Shown here: one piece after another, positions 51,101-61,100 of the stretch
How the letters are laid out: the number at the start of each line of letters is the position of its first letter
Numbering within the stretch: the stretch's first letter is position 1
Assembly (NCBI GenBank): GCA_043228905.1
Contig: JBHGNT010000020.1
Coordinates: 3,038,001 to 3,102,000 of the forward strand
DNA: 64,000 nt
Direction of reading: 5' to 3'
Source: Azolla caroliniana
Taxonomy: Eukaryota > Plantae > Polypodiophyta
Notes under the pieces: model-generated
What the model was told of the DNA's origin: nothing
The model's database searches: none
Seen by the model: the letters and a program-made list of their open reading frames with translations, nothing else
Translations under genes and position numbers: made by a program

Positions 51101-53094
51101 CTTCTTGCCGGATTCCCTTTCCACTCTCGCGTGGAGTTCTTTGAAGACGCACAACACTTGGTCCTTTGTCTTCAGCGGTGCCGTCCACAGCTTCCGGCTG
51201 TGATCATCAATGAATGTTACGAAGTACTGGGCTCCGCCATGTGACTTCGTTTCTACCTGACACACATCAGTGTGCACCAACTCCAATGGTGCGCTACGTC
51301 TCGTCGGTGGCCTTGAGTGGAAGGAGGTTCGGTTCTGCTTACCGGCCAGGCAATCGGTGCACTTCTCCAGGTGCACATGCTTCACTGGAATAAGGTTGTC
51401 TTCTGCAAGCCTCTTCATCCCCTTCTCACTCATGTGGCACAGTCTTTTGTGCCACAGCTCACCGGCAGTGTCGGCTGCCACATTCAGCTCTTCCGGACAT
51501 AACCAGGCATTCATCAGGTACAGCGTGTTGTCTTTCCGGGCCCGAGCCACTATCAGGCTCCCCTTGCTGAACTTCATTACGCCGTTCCGGATGCTACCTG
51601 TGTAGCCTTCATTGTCTAGCCTCCCGGCCGAAATCAGGTTCAATCGAACTTCCGGAACGTGTCGGACATCCTTCAGCAGCATTTTGCATCCGGTCGGGGT
51701 TGTCAACCACACGTCTCCTATGCCGGCAATCCGGCACGTACCTTCATTTCCCATTCGAACACAGCCATGCTCACCGGCTGTGTAGGATGAGAAGTATCTT
51801 CTCTCCGGGGTCAGGTGGAACGATGCTCCGGAATCGACCACCCAGGTCGTCTCATCGCCGACAATGTTTAGTTCACCTTCTTCGGTGATGAGCATGATTT
51901 CTTCCTCACTTGCCGCGAGTGTCGTTGTTCCTTTCCGGTCCTGCCCTCGCCGATCCGAACCTCTCCGGTCCGTGGCTCCCCGGTATGCACCGTTTCTCTC
52001 CGGTGACTTCTTCGAATCGGTGTCGTCGGCTCCGTTGTCTTTTCGGTAATGCCGACAATTCTTTCGGAAGTGCCCCGGCTTCCCACAGTGGAAGCATGTG
52101 GGCCTTCCTCTTGACTGCGACCGGGTCCCCGACTTCTCCCGTCTTTGCGGACTCTGGTTCCATTGTCTTCCCCGATCCGATTCGGTAAGCAGCGCCTTCG
52201 AGTCGGAGGCCGGTTCTTTATCTCTCCGACGCGCTTCTTCGTTCAAAATACTTGTCTTTACCGTTTGTAAGGACAAGTTATCTTCGGTGCAGGAGGTGCT
52301 GAGAGTCACCACCAAGTTCTCCCAGCTTTCCGGCAATGTACACATCAGGATGATGGCTTGCATTGCATCCTCCAACGGGAACTTGATCGCCGCAAGCTGA
52401 TTCACGAATCCCATGAACGTGCTTACGTGTTCCACCATACTCTCGCCGTCCCGGTACTTGAGATTCACTATCTTCCTCATCAGGGAGGTCCGGTTCAACG
52501 CATTCTTCCTCTCATAGAGGCCTGACAGCTTCCGCCACATCTCATATGCGTTGGTGTCGTTCGCCACATGTTGTAGAACGCTCACGTCGACGTATTGCCG
52601 AATGGTTGCAACAGCTTTCCGGTTCAGAAGCCTCCATTCCGACTCAAGTACCCCCTTCGGTATTTCCGACCTGTCAATCGGTTCGTACAGGTCCCGAACA
52701 ATCAGAAGATCCTCCATCTTGATCTTCCAGTCGGCGTAATTCTGCGCATTCAGCACCATCATCCCCGGCTGCCCGCTGCCGCCGCCTTCCATTTTCTGCA
52801 GCAGCCCGCTCTGATACCAAATTGATGGAAATACAGAAAAATGAGTAGCAACAGACAAACAGTTTGCCCTAAGTCATATTTATACATATATGACTTTGGG
52901 GCTATTTACAACTATAGCCTCAGGGGCCCATAGCAAACATATTCACGGATATGTCCCTGCATCCGGATCGCTCTCCGGGTACATTCGTCATCCGGCTCCG
53001 AAGCCGGGGTCTTCATCATCCGGTACCGAAACCGAAACCGGGCTCGTCGGCATTCATCTCCGACATCCGACCATTCCATCCGAAGGGACCGTAA
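48125..53094 (-). mobile_element. Ty1/Copia element F (Tnt1/Tork-like) nested in the D integrase
   Basis: 3' LTR 48125-48718; deleted 5' LTR 52823-53094; PBS 52808-52819; PPT ~48719-48730. Pol pieces 50633-52858, 49688-50620 and 48729-49859. Confidence 0.95.
48729..52792 (-). pseudogene. Copia F gag-pol, one nonsense codon (~50633) and one frameshifting deletion (~49715)
   Basis: CFHCGKPGHFRKNC, WVVDSGASFH, RADNGGEY, QMDVKTAFLHG, LLYVDDMLI, RTKHIQRRYHWIRE, SDMLTK. Confidence 0.92.
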
Positions 53095-55293
53095 AGAAGT
53101 AAGTTGGATCCAAAAGCAGAAAAATGTATCTTTGTTGGATATTCAGAAGAACAAAAAGGGTACAGATGTTATAACCCTGTGACTAAAAAGATTGTGACAA
53201 GTCGAGATGTGATATTTGATGAGTTGGCTAGTTGGTACAGCCCAAAACAGAATCTAGAGACTGATGAAGACTGTCAAAATGAAGACAAAGATAGATCAGA
53301 AAATGTAGAAGACTGTCACAGAGATGGAGACAAGGTTGGACAGCAAAGTCCAACATCAACAGAATGTTCTAGACCATCAAAAAGCTCAGATGGTAAATCT
53401 AATTCAAATTCATGGAGTGGAAAAACTGGACAGAAAAAATCTGATGACAAAAAAGGAAAACAGAAAATGCCAGAGTATGAAATCTCGGATGACCTATCAA
53501 AAAACATGGAAGATGAAGATTCAGATATGTCTTTGGATGATTTCCTTGGAATACAGGAAATGAAAATCCCTGGTATGGAAAAGGCAATAAAGAATGCAAA
53601 TCAGAAACTGAGAAGATCAGATAGAGAGAAAAAGACTGTGGAAAGATTTGGGTATGATACATACATGGCTATGCATTATGCATACATGTCTAAGGTGGTA
53701 CAGATCCCTGACCCAAACAGCTTCGAAGAAGCAAAATCTGAGAAGAAATGGATGGATGCAATGCAAGAAGAGATTGATGCATTGGCTGAGAACAAAACGT
53801 GGGATTTAGTGAAGTTACCAAAAGAGAAAAATGTGGTAGGCTGCAAATGGGTCTACAAGACAAAGCATGACTCCAATGGGAATGTAAGTAGACATAAAGC
53901 AAGATTGGTTGCAAAAGGATATGCTCAGATGCAAGGGATTGATTATGATGAGACTTTTGCACCGGTTGCAAAGATGGCAACCTTGAGAACACTACTTGCT
54001 GTAGGAGCAGCCAGAAAATGGATTTTGCATCACATGGATGTAAAAAATGCTTTTTTACATGGTAACTTGGAAGAAGAAGTGTATATGAGTCAACCACCAG
54101 GTTTTGAAGATAAGAAACAACCTGATTATGTATGTAAGCTGAAAAAAGCTCTCTATGGACTGAAACAGGCACCAAGAGCATGGCACAGAGAACTTTCAGA
54201 TTCTCTGAAAAATCTTGGTTTCAAAATGTCAAAAGCTGATCCTTCTTTGTATGTAAAAAGTGAAAATGATTGCATTGTTATTATTCTGATTTATGTAGAT
54301 GATTTGATTATTGGAGGAGATTCCGTGGATGAAATAAGGAAGTTGAAAAAAAATCTGGAAATGCAGTTTCATATGAAAGATTTGGGAGATCTGAGATATT
54401 TTCTTGGTATTGAAATCATCAGATCTGAAAGTGGTATATGTATGTTGCAAAAACAGTATGCAACAACTATGTTGAAAAAGTATGGTATGCTTGGATGCAA
54501 ACCTATTGCTGTACCACTTGATAAAAACTGCAAGTTGAGGGCTGATTTGGGAGCCAAGATAGAAGATGTAAACATGTACAGGTCTATGGTGGGCAGCCTT
54601 ATTTATTTGACCATAACAAGACCTGATTTGAGTTATGCAGTTGGATTAGTCAGCCAGTTTATGCAACAGCCAACAAAGCCACATTTGGACTGCATCAGAA
54701 GGATTCTGAGGTATGTAAAAGCTACTCAGAACTATGGATTGTTTTACAGGGCTGATTTGGACATAAATCTGGAAGGATATACAGATGCTGATTGGGCTGG
54801 AAGCCAAACAGATAGAAGATCCACAATTGGATATATCTTTACATTGGGAAGTGCAGGTATTTCATGGAGTAGCAAGAAACAGGCTACTGTTGCATTGTCT
54901 AGTACTGAAGCTGAGTACAGAGGAGCTGCCATAGCCACTTGTGAAGAGGTATGGATTAGAAGATTGCTTGCTGATCTGGGAGTATATATAGATGGTGCTG
55001 TCACAATCTGGTGTGACAATATGAGCAGCATTCAGCTTGCAAAGAACCCAGTGTTCCATGCAAGAACAAAGCACATTGAGGTGCATTATCACTTTGTTAG
55101 AGAAAAAGTGATGGAAGGTGAAGTTGATCTGGTGTATGTGAATACAAATCAGCAGGTTGCTGATATCCTTACGAAGGGATTGAGTGTGGAAAAACATACA
55201 CAGTTTCGGAACATGATGGGAGTTGTAGACATTGATATGATGGCTGAAAAGCATCATGAAAAAGAAGTTGTAGATAACCCCAAGAAAGGATAA
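53095..55293 (+). CDS. Copia D integrase C-term, RT and RNase H (3' part of polyprotein, open)
   Basis: 729-aa open frame: [61 protein letters not shown]. Confidence 0.94.
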   Translation, partial: RSKLDPKAEKCIFVGYSEEQKGYRCYNPVTKKIVTSRDVIFDELASWYSPKQNLETDEDCQNEDKDRSENVEDCHRDGDKVGQQSPTSTECSRPSKSSDGKSNSNSWSGKTGQKKSDDKKGKQKMPEYEISDDLSKNMEDEDSDMSLDDFLGIQEMKIPGMEKAIKNANQKLRRSDREKKTVERFGYDTYMAMHYAYMSKVVQIPDPNSFEEAKSEKKWMDAMQEEIDALAENKTWDLVKLPKEKNVVGCKWVYKTKHDSNGNVSRHKARLVAKGYAQMQGIDYDETFAPVAKMATLRTLLAVGAARKWILHHMDVKNAFLHGNLEEEVYMSQPPGFEDKKQPDYVCKLKKALYGLKQAPRAWHRELSDSLKNLGFKMSKADPSLYVKSENDCIVIILIYVDDLIIGGDSVDEIRKLKKNLEMQFHMKDLGDLRYFLGIEIIRSESGICMLQKQYATTMLKKYGMLGCKPIAVPLDKNCKLRADLGAKIEDVNMYRSMVGSLIYLTITRPDLSYAVGLVSQFMQQPTKPHLDCIRRILRYVKATQNYGLFYRADLDINLEGYTDADWAGSQTDRRSTIGYIFTLGSAGISWSSKKQATVALSSTEAEYRGAAIATCEEVWIRRLLADLGVYIDGAVTIWCDNMSSIQLAKNPVFHARTKHIEVHYHFVREKVMEGEVDLVYVNTNQQVADILTKGLSVEKHTQFRNMMGVVDIDMMAEKHHEKEVVDNPKKG

Positions 55294-55859
55294 GTTGAGC
55301 TTGAGGGGGAGTGTTGAGAAGCAAGCTCAACATGGTATGCGATGCTTATTGGGAAATAAGCTATAGTAGCGATTTAGCTACTAGTGAACAAAAAGGTAAA
55401 ACAGCTATTTAGCTAGTGACAGCTAATTAGCTAGTGAACAGCTATTTAGCGACTGACAGCTAATTAGCTACTGGCAGCTAATTAGCTGCATGTGTGATAA
55501 CTTATGACTTAGGTAAAAGTAAGTGAGAGTGAATAGGAAGTAAGTAGTAAGGAAAAAACAGAGAATAGTGAGTAGAGAACTCTGAGAGAGTGAGAGACCA
55601 GAAGACTGACGAGAGCAAGTTGAGCTCTACATGTAATAGAAGAAAACCATTTTGCTACTACAGAGGTAAGTCCCCTTTCCTTTCTCTGTCTGTTTAGAGC
55701 ACGCTAACGATCCAGCACACTACGATCCGCCGCGCATACAAAAGAAGAGCCCGAGTGCCTTCTTCACGTTTTCTTAACAACCACAACCTGATTCATCTGC
55801 ACCTGTCCACACTCCATCTCCCTACCACAAGACCTTGAGTTGGATACCAACGGAACGAG

Positions 55860-56870
55860 TATCTGACACCGTGTTACTCTAAGCCGGGTTAAAAATACCA
55901 CCATTATTGATGAGATAGTACCACCATTGTTTTGGCATTTATGAGCAATCATAAAGAAACAAAATGTTGAAACTAACCATGAGTTATATATATGTTTTTT
56001 ATCCAAAAAAAAACTCCTTCTATTAGTTATAAAATTTACAGATGAGAATGTTATATACAAATCCCAGTAGGGACATGATAGTTCCATCTTATGTGGAGGC
56101 CCACTAACTCAAGAAATGGAGAGGATGACCATTGTTGGATGAAGGCTAATCGTTGTCTTTCAACTCCATCGGACCTGTCGTATTGGCTCTTTAGAGTGGC
56201 AACAACTTCACTCTATATCTCTTACAATAATATTGCTTGACACACATTTTGATTGGAAAAGACTTGTCTACACCGTTGTTTCCAAAGAATCCAAAGAATT
56301 ATTGGCTGACCAATTCCAACACAAATTGAGCTTTGGCATTAATATAATTTGAGTGGATATTGTCGATGGTAGAAAACAAGATGTCTTGTGCTTTTATTAC
56401 CAATGTCATCCCCTCTTCCTGGTGTTCGTACTTGTCAACCGGGGCCTGCCATGATAATCAACATACATGTGCCTTTCTCTTGGCATAATTGCAATAGGCG
56501 GCCAACCCCCCACCATATTCGATGGGTCTCAGGGCAATCCCACATAGCATGTTGGATTGATTCTGTTGCATTTAATTAGGAGAGCTAAGGATCCCATGTT
56601 GCCACGCTCCAACCGATAGTGACCTATGTATTAATAGTCGTTGGAACATGGTAATCCGCCTAGTGTGTTGTTGTTTCCATATTTTTTTGCCAAAACTTGG
56701 TAATAATTGTATGGGGAATATGATATGTGTGTCGTATCTTTGCAACAACCAATTCCCAGGCGGTTTGAGCGGCTAGAATGTGGCGACCCAATCTAGTCGT
56801 GAATTGGAAGAAAGGGATGACTTTGCTTCCTGGACCCGCATAAGGATCCCACTGTGTCCATTGCAATGGG
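55860..56870 (-). mobile_element. Decayed L1-type LINE 3' remnant (zf-RVT region)
   Basis: Minus strand gives FQFTTRLGR, KFW..LGGLP and ESIQHAMWDCPETHRIW (~56515-56570), the end of the CCHC zinc finger of plant L1 ORF2. Boundaries are approximate. Confidence 0.6.
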
Positions 56871-57559
56871 TCATATGTTTTTGATTGTTTGGTTCATATA
56901 TTAAAACAATATAATCTAGTGAGTTCTTAGCATATAATCTACCAAGCATTTACCAGTTTTTACTAAGATTCAACCCACACCCACTTAGACAATGAGTATT
57001 GTTTGTGCATCTCAAGAAAAATACCTTCATGTGATACCATTTTGTAGTTAAGCAACATTTCACTTCATCGAAGACAAAGACAAAAAACCTAGAAACACAA
57101 TACATACTATATCACTAATAAGCATAGATTTGTACGATATCAATTTGTTTAATTAACTTCGAATGGAGATAAAGAGAAGGCGTAATTGCTAATCATGGTA
57201 TGTGACAAGTCAATGCACTATTCCTAGACACACAATAAATTTTGAGAGAGAGAAGATTGCCTATTTATTGCCAGTATTTAGTAGTGAATATGTTATTGTT
57301 TAGAATCCCAACAGGCGAAGGTTTGCACCTAGGGATTGTGAGCACATCCCTTTGTCAATGAGAGGTCAATATGTATGATACGCTATACCGAAGTGAATGT
57401 GATGCTCGATCAACGAGGTTGTTTGACAAAGAGGACCACGAATTAACGTGTTCAAGCACCCCAACATGTTCAAATTTGTAAAGGTCTCAGATTCTAGCGA
57501 ATTGTGTAGGCAATACATACGAGGGCGAATGTTATGCTCATTAGGGTAAGTTTGTTAGG

Positions 57560-58022
57560 GCAAACTCATGCACCCAATGACCACCTACATTTCCAAGGTG
57601 TCATAATCCCTAGTGAAATGAGCGCAAGTAATTAGTGTGAGTGATTAGTGAATTAGTGCAAGTGATTAATTATGCTCCGTCAGGGTAAAGGTTGTTGGGC
57701 ATGGGCCGCAAACTCACTCGTCCAACTAACCACCTACATTTCCAAGGTGTCATAATCCCTAGTGAAATGAGTGCAAGTAATTAGCGGAAGTAATAAGTGA
57801 GTTAGTGTAAGTAATTAGTGAATTATTAGTGAGAGTGATTAATTATGCTCTATCAAGGTAAGAGATTGTTGGACACAGACTGAAGACTCGCGCGCCCAAC
57901 TGCCACGTACAATTCCAAGGTGTTATAATCCCTAGTGAATGATGAGTGCAAGTAATTAGTGAGTTAGTGTAAGTAATTAGTGAGTGATTAGTGGGGCTGA
58001 TTAGTGTTAGCAGCAATTAGTG
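57560..58022 (+). repeat. Three tandem ~150-170 bp units immediately upstream of the KAS gene
   Basis: CCACCTACATTTCCAAGGTGTCATAATCCCTAGTGAA at 57581, 57730 and 57903, each followed by TAATTAGTG/TGATTAGTG microrepeats. Confidence 0.85.
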
Positions 58023-58135
58023 AATGGAGGCCATCTTCTTCTTCTTCTTCTTCTTCTTTTGATCACTCATTCTCTGCATACATTTTCGGTTTTTGTTCTG
58101 CGGCCTTTCCATTCCTTGGGATCGTGAGAGACGCC

Positions 58136-61100
58136 ATGAGGAGGAGGATGCTCCTCCCTCTTCCTCGAACATGCTTCTCTGCTCTCTCCTCTCGAAGCTT
58201 CGCGAGCTTTGGTGAACCCCCACGCGGGGCCCCGCGTAGAGTCGTCGTCACAGGTAAACCTACATATCATGCATTCTTCTGTGCAAAAAGCCAAAAACAT
58301 TTAGCCAGAGAGAAAGAACGAAAGAAATATGAACGTATTTTAAGAGGCCGAAATGGCCTTTAAGAGGCCGAAACAAGAGATTACATCTTAAGTGTTTTCC
58401 CGTCTTTGAGAATAAAAAATCAAAATAAAATAGATATTATTACTCCACGTAAATGTTCATAGTTTGGGGGCTTCCGGGGGATGTCATATAGTACCTATGC
58501 ATATTCATGGCATACCTGAGGTAAGTTCAATTGTGCGTGTGTAAGAGATAAATAGATATATAGATTTTATTATCATTTTCGGAGGTCAAATATGACATAT
58601 GAGACCAAAAACATAAATTTTAAATGTCTACCGATGTGCCTCATCATAAGAAGATAGATTGTTTTTGTCATCTTAAGAGGTCAAATATGACATATGAGAC
58701 CAAAACATATTTTTTAAATGTCTACAATTGATGTGCCTCATCATAACAAGATAGCTTTTTTTTTTCTGTATTTTTCTTTATAGGGTTGGGTATGGTTACT
58801 CCTCTAGGAAATGGAGTGAAGCTCTCTTGGGAAAGATTACTCGCTAAGCACTCGGGAATAAGAAGTCTGAAAATAGAGGATCTCAAAGTTCATGGTTTAC
58901 CACAGTCAGAGGATGCTTTGTTAGATTTGCTTTCTCAAATGCCTTCCCGAGTAGTTGGTGCAGTTCCTTATGGATCTTCAGCTGGAGAATTTGATTCACA
59001 ACAGTGGCTCAAAGGGAAGGTTAGATCTAGCTAGAAATAAAGAATAATTTCAATAATGTTATGATTCATGAAGTGAAGATGACATAAACATGAGATGGAA
59101 ATAATTGACGTGTAAGACCACAGAAAAGTAGTTCCAGATTCACTGTCCAGGCTGTTCTAGCATGCCTTGTCCTAGAAATGGAGAAGCCCTGGATTTTCGC
59201 CCCAATTATCAAAAACTGAAGAAGAATGACAATGGAAAAGCAGGTGAAAGGTCACCAGAAAACTGGTGATCAACTAACTGTAAGCCTTTATAGCATGATT
59301 TATGCAATGTTTTGCCCGAAATCAAGGTTTAATTTAAGTAATGGTTCCAAGGCAGGTTTGATTTAGCAATAGATAAAGAAATAGTTGGAAGCATTCATTC
59401 AATACTATATTTGTTAGAGAAAAGCTTGTGAAAGTTTGATTTGGAAATACTTCCAACACAAGGTTTGATTTAGCTGTAAGAAGTAGTTGTAAGAAATCAA
59501 TTCAATACTGTTATGCATTCAGAAAACAGAAGAGGACTGGTATGAATATAAGGCGATCATGATGGAAAGCATTTGTGAAATTACCAGTATAGTAGATGGA
59601 ACGAATTCACTCCCCAACCATAGACCTTTGTAGCATGGTCTGCACCAGAAACACAGTTTGCATGGGTTAAATCGGCAATAGACAAAGACAACAGATATAA
59701 GCCTTTATTCAGTACAATTCATCACAATCATGATGACCTTGCTTGGAATAGCTTGGAATCCAGAATGAATGAATTCAGAAGTATCTGGAATACAACTTAT
59801 AATATAGAATTTCTAAAAAGCTCTAGTTCATGAAGTTTCTAAAAAGCTCTAGAATATGATAACCTTGCTTGGAATATCTTGGAATCCAGAACGAATGAAT
59901 GAATCCAGAAATATCAAGAATATAACTTATTATGTAGAATTTCTAAAAAGCTCTAGTTCATGAAGTATCTAAAGAGTTCTAGACTAATGTCAGTAATGGT
60001 TGTCATGTTATGTCACTATTTTTTACATCATCACTATGTCATCATGAAAACATTCTACAAGATTGTAGAACTTCTTAGATCATCGACTTTGAGGAAGCTT
60101 TTCATTTCCCTATTCAACTCTCAATCTTGTCTTGTATAGAGTTTCCTCTGTCAAGTTCTGTACTGAGGTATTGTATATCAAGCATTTATAATCGGTATCT
60201 TAGATTATTTATATCATAAACTTAAGTTCATTGTCAGTTTAGCTTTGTGCATCTGATACTTCTGTTACTTCTGTGCTTGACTCATTATGTTTGGCCAGAT
60301 TCTGTGCCATCAATACGGTATGTTCTACGGTGTGTCCTGGAAAAAATTCAAAAACTGCAGCCTATTTTAACTCGTCTTTAAGCTGAGTGACCAAGCATTC
60401 TTAATCTTGCATTACATGATCTATGAAGACAAATTCAAGATCTCCATGAGGATAATGGCAATGAAGTCTAGGCATCAACATCCATACACAAACACAACAA
60501 ACTAAGCCCGAGAACTTGGATGTTACCTGTAACAAGTGAAGATATTCATCCCTCTCATTGGCACACTAGTATGTTACAAAATTCTTTTCTCGAGGCAAAT
60601 TTCTAAACGAGGTATGGTTTTAGGGTAGTTATCCAGTAATTCTCCATCACATTTGGGGAGGTGATAGAAATTTAGGACGTTAAACGGGGTTCCTGTAACA
60701 TGTGAAGATATTCTTCCATTTCATACCACTTGTTTCCACCCTCATGTAATCACTCTATACCATTTCTTGAGGTGAACTTTCCGTGGAGCATGGTTTTGGG
60801 ACAGTTACCTGAGATTTCTCCATCACATTTGCGGAAGGTGATAGAGCATTTATAAGGAATACTTAGTTTTTGAAAGCTACATTTAAGTTCACATCTTACT
60901 TAATATTAATGCTGCAGAATTGTTAGATCTAATACATGACCTAATCTGGCATGAGATCATGTATGCCAACTTTCAGTACTCTGAATAAGCTGATTTTTAG
61001 ATTTTAATATTTACTTGTTTGAAAGGCAACAAGAAAAGCAACAGAAGGCACACATACGACAGCATCAACCTCCAATTTTAAGATGCAATCTCCTTTTCAA

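Larger units (their letters stand above)
45378..55779 (+). mobile_element. Very young Ty1/Copia element D, interrupted by element F
   Basis: LTRs 45378-45845 and 55312-55779 (468 bp each, one mismatch seen); TSD ACCAC; PBS TGGTATCAGAGC 45846-45857; PPT before 55312. Confidence 0.97.

Noticed and set aside
48744-52825. Numerous antisense ORFs over Copia pol regions
   Set aside because: Shadow ORFs expected opposite GC-rich coding sequence; no independent motifs.
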